UHGV virus genome: UHGV-0098743
From: a virus
DNA: 12,455 bases
Direction: 5' to 3' (one strand)
Below the pieces are notes generated by a model that saw only the letters and a list, made by a program, of their open reading frames with translations, did not search any database and was not told the DNA's origin. Both the position numbers and the translations under genes were made by a program. Positions 7,583 to 12,455 of this stretch are shown piece after piece. The stretch's first letter is position 1; every line of letters begins with the position of its first letter.

Positions 7583-8825
7583 TGACAAGTTTCTCCATGT
7601 TAAAAATTGCACTCCTGTATTTTGAAGCTACTTCTGGAGAATGTGTGGCAGCTATTACTTGTGCATTGGGATTGAGTTTTTTGATTGCTGGGATAATGTT
7701 TCTTTGCCATTGAATATGTAGGGAGAGTTCAGGCTCATCTGTTAGGAAAATATATTGTTTTTCTCTTTGTAATAGGGTTTCTATGAATAAAATAAGTAAT
7801 TGCTTCTCACCTGAAGATAAATTTTCCTGAATTATTGGTCCGTAAGTATTCTTTATGGAAAGTATTCCGCCTTGAAAGTCAAATTCCTTATCAGTAATAA
7901 ATTCTTTTAAAATACTTAAAAATTGTTCAATGGGAGCGAAAACTAAAGATGTTTTTTCTTTAGATTTTAAAGACATTCTAATTATTTTTTGTGTCTTTCT
8001 TAGCGCTTCAATTGAGCGGATGTCAAAACCATCTTTTTTATTTTGTTTTAATTCTGCAATGGTGTGATCAATAGTGTCAACATGGAAATTTATTTTCCGA
8101 CGGACATTCATATCAATAGCGTTTAGTTGTGTGTACGCACTTAAAAGGTTTTGTTTTTCTTCCTCCTTGTTAAATTGAATGTTGTACGCCTTATCATCAA
8201 TATCATCTTTACTATATAGAATAGATGCTAAAACTTCTTTTTGAAGTTCTAATGCAATATCTCTCGCTCGTTGAGATAATTCAAGTTGATATTTTGTTAA
8301 TTCCTGCATTAATTCTGATAGTTTATAATCGACAGGGTTGATAAAGCGAGAGCCGTATTTGTCTCTAACCTCAAAGTCGTCACTATTCCTTAGTCTATAG
8401 ACGGATAAAGATGAGAGTGAAACCAGTTTTGCTAATTCTGCTCTTAACTCCTCAGTCTCTTCTTGTGCTCTGCGTCTATAACTGAGGGAGATTCTTCTGT
8501 CATCGGCGTTGAATAGTCGGATGGTATGTTTTTTTGATGAAAGTTGATACTCTATTTTAGAGAACGGTGATGCATCACTCTCGATTTTCTTAATTTTTAT
8601 TGTCTTAGTTTTCTTTTTGTCCTTTAGTTTTATTTCGGCACTATTGAAATCATTGTTGTTAATGCCATCAAGGTCAATTGATAAAATTGAATGCAAAATA
8701 TTCATAAAAGTTGTTTTGCCGGTTCCATTCCTTCCAATGATGATGTTTACATCATCATTAAAAGAGCAAAGAGCATTTAATCTTTGCCAAAAACCATTGA
8801 TAGCGATGCTTTGTATTTTATACAT
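7572..8825 (-). CDS. ariA: ABC-type ATPase (AAA_15/AAA_21, OLD/SMC-like), AriA-like sensor candidate of a PARIS-type defence pair, 417 aa from ATG 8825 (TTG at 8828 possible)
   Basis: Walker A GRNGTGKTT near the N-terminus; a long insert domain; C-terminal ABC signature-like SSGEKQLL, Walker B IFLTDEPELSLH and H-loop ATHSPEV. Strong RBS AAGGAG 7 nt before the ATG. AT-rich. Confidence 0.82.
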   Translation of the reverse strand: MYKIQSIAINGFWQRLNALCSFNDDVNIIIGRNGTGKTTFMNILHSILSIDLDGINNNDFNSAEIKLKDKKKTKTIKIKKIESDASPFSKIEYQLSSKKHTIRLFNADDRRISLSYRRRAQEETEELRAELAKLVSLSSLSVYRLRNSDDFEVRDKYGSRFINPVDYKLSELMQELTKYQLELSQRARDIALELQKEVLASILYSKDDIDDKAYNIQFNKEEEKQNLLSAYTQLNAIDMNVRRKINFHVDTIDHTIAELKQNKKDGFDIRSIEALRKTQKIIRMSLKSKEKTSLVFAPIEQFLSILKEFITDKEFDFQGGILSIKNTYGPIIQENLSSGEKQLLILFIETLLQREKQYIFLTDEPELSLHIQWQRNIIPAIKKLNPNAQVIAATHSPEVASKYRSAIFNMEKLVNVQ

Positions 8826-8868
8826 CAACTTACTCCTTGTTTTGGTTGAGTCGAACTTATCAACTGTT

Positions 8869-8886
8869 TGTACCAGCTATAACACA
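8869..8886 (+). promoter_or_regulatory. TGT-N12-ACA dyad upstream of V: possible Ogr/Delta-type late-activator site (P_V-like)
   Basis: TGT (8869-8871), 12 nt, ACA (8884-8886), read directly. P2 late promoters carry this dyad near -55. Here the dyad centre is only about 56 bp from the V start codon, so the spacing is tight and this may be coincidence. Confidence 0.3.
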
Positions 8887-8915
8887 ATTATGCTGGTTCG
8901 TACGAATCATTTCAA
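8886..8915 (-). promoter_or_regulatory. Candidate sigma70 promoter for the ariA-ariB operon
   Basis: On the minus strand: TTGAAA (8915..8910), 18-bp spacer, ATAATT (8891..8886); predicted leader about 55 nt to the ariA ATG. Confidence 0.35.
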
Positions 8916-8933
8916 ATGTTCAATATAGGCAGT

Positions 8934-9512
8934 ATGAACACACAACTTACCGAAATCATGCGCCTTATCACCAATCTGATCCGTACCGGCACTGTGACCG
9001 AAGTGGACCGGAAAAAGTGGCTGTGTCGGGTGAAAGTGGGCGAGCTTGAAACTAACTGGATTAACTGGCTGACGCTGCGCGCCGGTGGTGCCCGTACATG
9101 GTGGTGTCCGTCGCCGGATGAGCAGGTGGTGTTGCTGAGCATGGGCGGCAATCTGGAAACCGCTTTTGTGCTGCCCGCTATCTACTCCAATCAGTTTCCG
9201 CCACCGTCGGATTCCGTGGACGGCTGCGTGACGGAGTACCCGGACGGGGGATGGTTTGAGTATGAACCCGCCACCGGACGGTGGCATGTCAGGGGCATCA
9301 AATCCATGGTGATCGAGGCATCAGACAGTGTCACCTACAAAACCGGTGAGTTTGTGGTGGAGGCTGACACCACGCGCATTAACAGCGAGGTGGTGATCAA
9401 TGGCGGCGTCACCCAGGGCGGCGGCGCAATGAGTTCTAACGGGATCGTAGTTGATGACCATGAGCATACTGGCGTTCTGAAAGGCGGCGACAACACGGGG
9501 GGACCGGTATGA
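8934..9512 (+). CDS. V: Baseplate assembly protein V (P2 gpV-like spike), 192 aa (ORF opens at 8916; 8934 is the homologous start)
   Basis: N-terminus MNTQLTEIMRLITNLIRTGTVTEVD parallels P2 gpV (MNTLANIQELARALRNMIRTG...); conserved WLTLRAGGARTWWCPS and C-terminal HEHTG. Stop overlaps the W start (ATGA). Confidence 0.85.
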   Translation: MNTQLTEIMRLITNLIRTGTVTEVDRKKWLCRVKVGELETNWINWLTLRAGGARTWWCPSPDEQVVLLSMGGNLETAFVLPAIYSNQFPPPSDSVDGCVTEYPDGGWFEYEPATGRWHVRGIKSMVIEASDSVTYKTGEFVVEADTTRINSEVVINGGVTQGGGAMSSNGIVVDDHEHTGVLKGGDNTGGPV

Positions 9513-9868
9513 CGTTGTATATCGGTATGAGCAGGAATGACGGGCAGACCATTGCAGATACAGACCATCTGCGCCAGTCGGTGCGGGATATTCTGCTGAC
9601 GCCGCAGGGCAGTCGTCTTGCGCGTCGGGAATATGGTTCCCTGCTGTCTGCCCTGATAGACCAGCCGCAGACCCCGGCGCTGCGCCTGCAGATTATGTCT
9701 GCGGTCTATGTGGCGCTGAACCGTTGGGAGCCGCGCCTTACGCTGGACTCCATCACCATCAACGGCAATTTTGATGGCTCTATGGTGGTTGAACTTACCG
9801 GACACGGCAATAACGGCGCACCGGTTTCCCTTTCCGTATCAACAGGAGCAGACAATGGCAGTCATTGA
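9509..9868 (+). CDS. W: Baseplate assembly protein W (P2 gpW / GP25-like), 119 aa
   Basis: Size and position between V and J; gpW-like N-terminal region (DLRQSVRDILLTPQGSRLARREYGS). Confidence 0.85.
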   Translation: MTLYIGMSRNDGQTIADTDHLRQSVRDILLTPQGSRLARREYGSLLSALIDQPQTPALRLQIMSAVYVALNRWEPRLTLDSITINGNFDGSMVVELTGHGNNGAPVSLSVSTGADNGSH

Positions 9869-10763
9869 CCTTTCCCGGCTACCGCCGCCGCAGATTGTGG
9901 ATGTGCCGGACTTTGAGGCATTGCTGGCAGAACGCAAGGCCGCCTTTGTGGCCCTCCATCCGGCTGATGAACAGGAGGCTGTTATGCGCACGTTAGCGCT
10001 GGAGTCAGAACCTGTCACCAAACTGCTGCAGGAAAATACTTACCGCGAAATCCTGCTGCGTCAGCGAATTAATGAGGCTGCGCAGGCGGTCATGGTGGCC
10101 TATTCCATGGGAAATGACCTTGAACAACTGGCAGGTAACTGCAACGTGAAGCGCCTGACGGTAGTCCCTGCAGATAATGACTCGGTGCCGCCGGTCGCCG
10201 CAGTGATGGAAAGTGATGAAGCATTACGCCAGCGCATTCCTGCAGCATTTGAGGGGCTGTCCGTTGCAGGGCCGACGGGAGCCTATGAGTTCCACGCCAG
10301 AAGTGCCGACGGGCGGGTGGCTGATGCCAGCGCAACCAGTCCGGCACCGGCAGAGGTGGTGCTTACCGTGCTGAGCCGTGAGGGGGACGGTACGGCAGGG
10401 GCTGACCTGCTGGCGGTGGTTGAGCAGGCGCTTAACAGTGAAAAAGTTCGCCCGGTGGCAGACCGCCTGACGGTGCGCAGCGCAGAAATTATTCCGTACA
10501 GCGTGGACGCAACGATCTTCCTTTATCCGGGGCCGGAGGCTGAGCCGGTGATGGCAGAAGCAAAAGCCAGTCTGCAGAAATACATCGCCAGTCAGACGCG
10601 GCTGGGACGTGATATCCGCCGCAGCGCCATTTATGCCGCGTTGCATGTGGAGGGCGTCCAGCGTGTGGAGCTGGCGTCCCCGCAGGGTGATGTGGTGCTG
10701 GATAAGACGCAGGCGGCATCCTGTACTGAATGGAGCATCATCAACGGGGGCACGGATGAATAG
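9855..10763 (+). CDS. J: Baseplate assembly protein J (P2 gpJ-like), 302 aa
   Basis: Starting at ATG 9855 (RBS AGGAG at 9844-9848) gives 302 aa, the same as P2 gpJ; conserved order V-W-J-I-H. The longer ORF from 9771 is an in-frame extension overlapping W. Confidence 0.88.
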   Translation: MAVIDLSRLPPPQIVDVPDFEALLAERKAAFVALHPADEQEAVMRTLALESEPVTKLLQENTYREILLRQRINEAAQAVMVAYSMGNDLEQLAGNCNVKRLTVVPADNDSVPPVAAVMESDEALRQRIPAAFEGLSVAGPTGAYEFHARSADGRVADASATSPAPAEVVLTVLSREGDGTAGADLLAVVEQALNSEKVRPVADRLTVRSAEIIPYSVDATIFLYPGPEAEPVMAEAKASLQKYIASQTRLGRDIRRSAIYAALHVEGVQRVELASPQGDVVLDKTQAASCTEWSIINGGTDE

Positions 10764-11361
10764 CCTGTTGCCGCCGGGTTCGTCGCCGCTTGAGCGCCGA
10801 CTGGCGCAGACCTGCAGCGGGATTTCCGATCTGCAGGTATCGCTGCGTGATTTGTGGAATCCGTCAATCTGCCCGGTCAGATTCCTGCCTTATCTGGCCT
10901 GGGCGTTTTCTGTTGACCGCTGGGATGAGAGCTGGACAGAAAGCGTCAAGCGCCGCGTTGTGCAGGACGCTTTTTATATCCATCAGCACAAGGGGACAAC
11001 CAGCGCCGTGCGGCGCGTGGTGGAGCCGTTCGGCTTTCTGATCCGCATCATTGAGTGGTGGCAGACTGGCGAAATACCAGGGACGTTCCGTCTGGATATT
11101 GGCGTGCAGGACCAGGGCATAACAGAAGAAACCTATCTGGAGCTGGAGCGCCTGATCGGTGACGCCAAACCGTGCAGCCGTCACCTGGTTGGTATGTCCA
11201 TCAACCTGCAGACAGGTGGCCCGTATTTTGTGGGCGCAGCCACCTACACCGGCGAAGAAATCACGATCTACCCGTATATCAACGAAACCATTATTTCCGG
11301 CGGCACCGCTTATGAGGGCGGGGCGGTCCATGTTATTGACACGATGAGAGTGAACCCATGA
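10756..11361 (+). CDS. I: Baseplate/tail protein I (P2 gpI-like), 201 aa
   Basis: Position between J and H; ATG at 10756 overlaps the J stop; the longer ORF from 10609 is an out-of-context extension. Confidence 0.82.
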   Translation: MNSLLPPGSSPLERRLAQTCSGISDLQVSLRDLWNPSICPVRFLPYLAWAFSVDRWDESWTESVKRRVVQDAFYIHQHKGTTSAVRRVVEPFGFLIRIIEWWQTGEIPGTFRLDIGVQDQGITEETYLELERLIGDAKPCSRHLVGMSINLQTGGPYFVGAATYTGEEITIYPYINETIISGGTAYEGGAVHVIDTMRVNP

Positions 11362-12455
11362 GCGCAAAATTTTACACCCTGCTGACGGATATCGGCGCGG
11401 CGAAACTGGTAAGCGCCGCCGCGCTCGGTGTCCCACTAAAAATTACCCATATGGCGGTGGGCAGCGGTGGTGGTATGCTGCCCACACCCAACGCGCAACA
11501 GACCGCGTTAGTGGCTGAGGAACGCCGCGCAGCGCTGAATATGCTGTATATCGACCCACAGAACAGCAGCCAGATTATTGCTGAGCAGGTGATCCCGGAA
11601 AATGAGGGCGGGTGGTGGATTCGTGAAGTCGGCCTGTTTGATGAAACAGGTGCGCTAATTGCTGTGGGAAACTGCCCGGAGAGCTACAAGCCGAAGCTGG
11701 CGGAGGGCAGCGGACGCACGCAGACCGTGCGAATGGTACTGATTACCAGCAGCACGGATAACATCACCCTGAAAATTGACCCCGCTGTGGTTCTGGCAAC
11801 CCGCAAATATGTGGATGATAAGGTGCTGGAACTTAAGGTGTATGTGGATGACCTGATGGCAAAGCATCTTGCTGCGGTTGATCCTCATTCGCAATATGCA
11901 CCAAAAGACAGTCCGACTCTGACAGGCATGCCTAAAACGCCAACGCCACCGGCAGGAAACAACAGCACCCTGATTGCCAGTACAGCCTTTGTACAGGCCG
12001 CTATTCTTGCCATGATAGGTGGCGCACCGGCAACGCTGGATACGCTGAAAGAAATTGCGGCAGCTATCAATAATGACCCGAATTTCAGTACCACCATTAA
12101 CAATGCGCTGGCACTGAAAGCACCACTGGCAAGCCCAGCCCTGACCGGAACGCCAACGGCTCCGACTGCGGCGCAGACTGTGAACAATACGCAGATTGCC
12201 ACTACAGCATTTGTGAAGGCAGCTATTGCCGGGCTGGTTGGTTCATCGCCGGAGGCGCTGGACACACTGAATGAACTGGCAGCTGCGCTGGGGAATGATC
12301 CTAACTTTGCGACAACAGTGATGAACGCGCTGGCGGGGAAACAGCCCCTCGATGCCACTTTGACTAACCTCAGCGGGAAAAGTGTTTCAGCCCTTCTACA
12401 ATACCTTGGTTTGGGAGAAGCGGCAACGAGGAACGTCGGAACGGATACCGGGCAA
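11358..12455 (+). CDS. H: Tail fibre protein H (P2 gpH-like), 5' part only; the ORF runs off the end of the window
   Basis: N-terminus MSAKFYTLLTDIGAAKLVSAA...MAVGSGGGMLP...ESYKPKLAEGSGRTQTVRMV...YVDDKV closely parallels the conserved P2 gpH N-terminal domain. No stop through 12455 (366 codons). Absent from the ORF track only because it is open-ended. Confidence 0.88.
   Translation, partial: MSAKFYTLLTDIGAAKLVSAAALGVPLKITHMAVGSGGGMLPTPNAQQTALVAEERRAALNMLYIDPQNSSQIIAEQVIPENEGGWWIREVGLFDETGALIAVGNCPESYKPKLAEGSGRTQTVRMVLITSSTDNITLKIDPAVVLATRKYVDDKVLELKVYVDDLMAKHLAAVDPHSQYAPKDSPTLTGMPKTPTPPAGNNSTLIASTAFVQAAILAMIGGAPATLDTLKEIAAAINNDPNFSTTINNALALKAPLASPALTGTPTAPTAAQTVNNTQIATTAFVKAAIAGLVGSSPEALDTLNELAAALGNDPNFATTVMNALAGKQPLDATLTNLSGKSVSALLQYLGLGEAATRNVGTDTGQ
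11910..12353 (+). repeat. Tandem duplicated ~74-codon tail-fibre repeat module inside H
   Basis: Units starting SPTLTGMPKTPTPP... (11910) and SPALTGTPTAPTAA... (12132) align over 74 aa with about half the residues identical, including TAFV.AAI, LDTL.E.AAA, NDPNF.TT and NALA.K. Confidence 0.7.

Noticed and set aside
7066-9049. Plus-strand ORFs 7066..7251, 8617..8928 and 8837..9049
   Set aside because: Antisense to or overlapping the AT-rich ariB/ariA-like genes and the V promoter region; their translations are low-complexity and AT-driven.
9771-10755. Long in-frame N-terminal extensions of J (from 9771) and I (from 10609) in the ORF track
   Set aside because: The extensions overlap the preceding genes. 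The internal ATGs at 9855 and 10756 have RBS and stop-start overlaps and give P2-like protein lengths (J is 302 aa either way from 9855).
8907-10867. Minus-strand ORFs over the baseplate genes (8907..9287, 8912..9151, 9335..9805, 9839..10021, 10090..10347, 10224..10646, 10489..10719, 10631..10867)
   Set aside because: Antisense frames of GC-rich V, W, J and I genes, which have clear P2 homologues on the plus strand; Arg/Pro/Ala-rich translations are characteristic of antisense GC-rich DNA.
10790-11894. ORFs 10790..11041 (+), 10864..11436 (-), 11159..11347 (+) and 11655..11894 (-)
   Set aside because: Alternative-frame or antisense artefacts within the I and H genes.
11885-12358. Minus-strand ORF 11885..12358 (157 aa) with internal repetition
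   Set aside because: It is the antisense of the tandem tail-fibre repeat in H; the repetition comes from the sense-strand repeat, not from a real gene.
1-12455. Search for CRISPR arrays, complete tRNA/rRNA genes and LexA (SOS) boxes
   Set aside because: I saw no spaced short direct repeats of CRISPR type and no complete tRNA or rRNA; the only RNA-gene signal is the partial ssrA 3' end. I found no convincing CTG-N10-CAG LexA box by eye, but this was not exhaustive and should be rechecked by a motif scan.

Overview
This window is the integrase-proximal end of a P2/186-like prophage in an enterobacterial genome, carrying an AT-rich two-gene insert that looks like a PARIS-type (AriA/AriB) anti-phage defence module. 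From the left: about 180 bp of probable host flank with hairpins, then a 44-nt copy of the tmRNA (ssrA) 3' end on the minus strand that serves as the attachment core. Next come a P2-type integrase and a CI-like repressor (minus strand), a divergent operator/promoter region with two 21-bp direct repeats, and a rightward early operon: Cox/Apl-like, 186 CII-like, three small hypothetical ORFs, a TraR/DksA zinc-finger protein, a Dam methyltransferase and a 479-aa unknown protein. That 479-aa ORF overlaps an S-like tail-completion gene, so the replication gene, cos, terminase and capsid genes expected between the early operon and S are missing (deleted or rearranged prophage). The defence insert (about 6600-8915, minus strand) sits between S and the baseplate/tail genes V, W, J, I and a 3'-truncated tail-fibre gene H. 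The insert is the main finding. All functional calls rest on motif recognition by eye and remembered family features; no database search was run.
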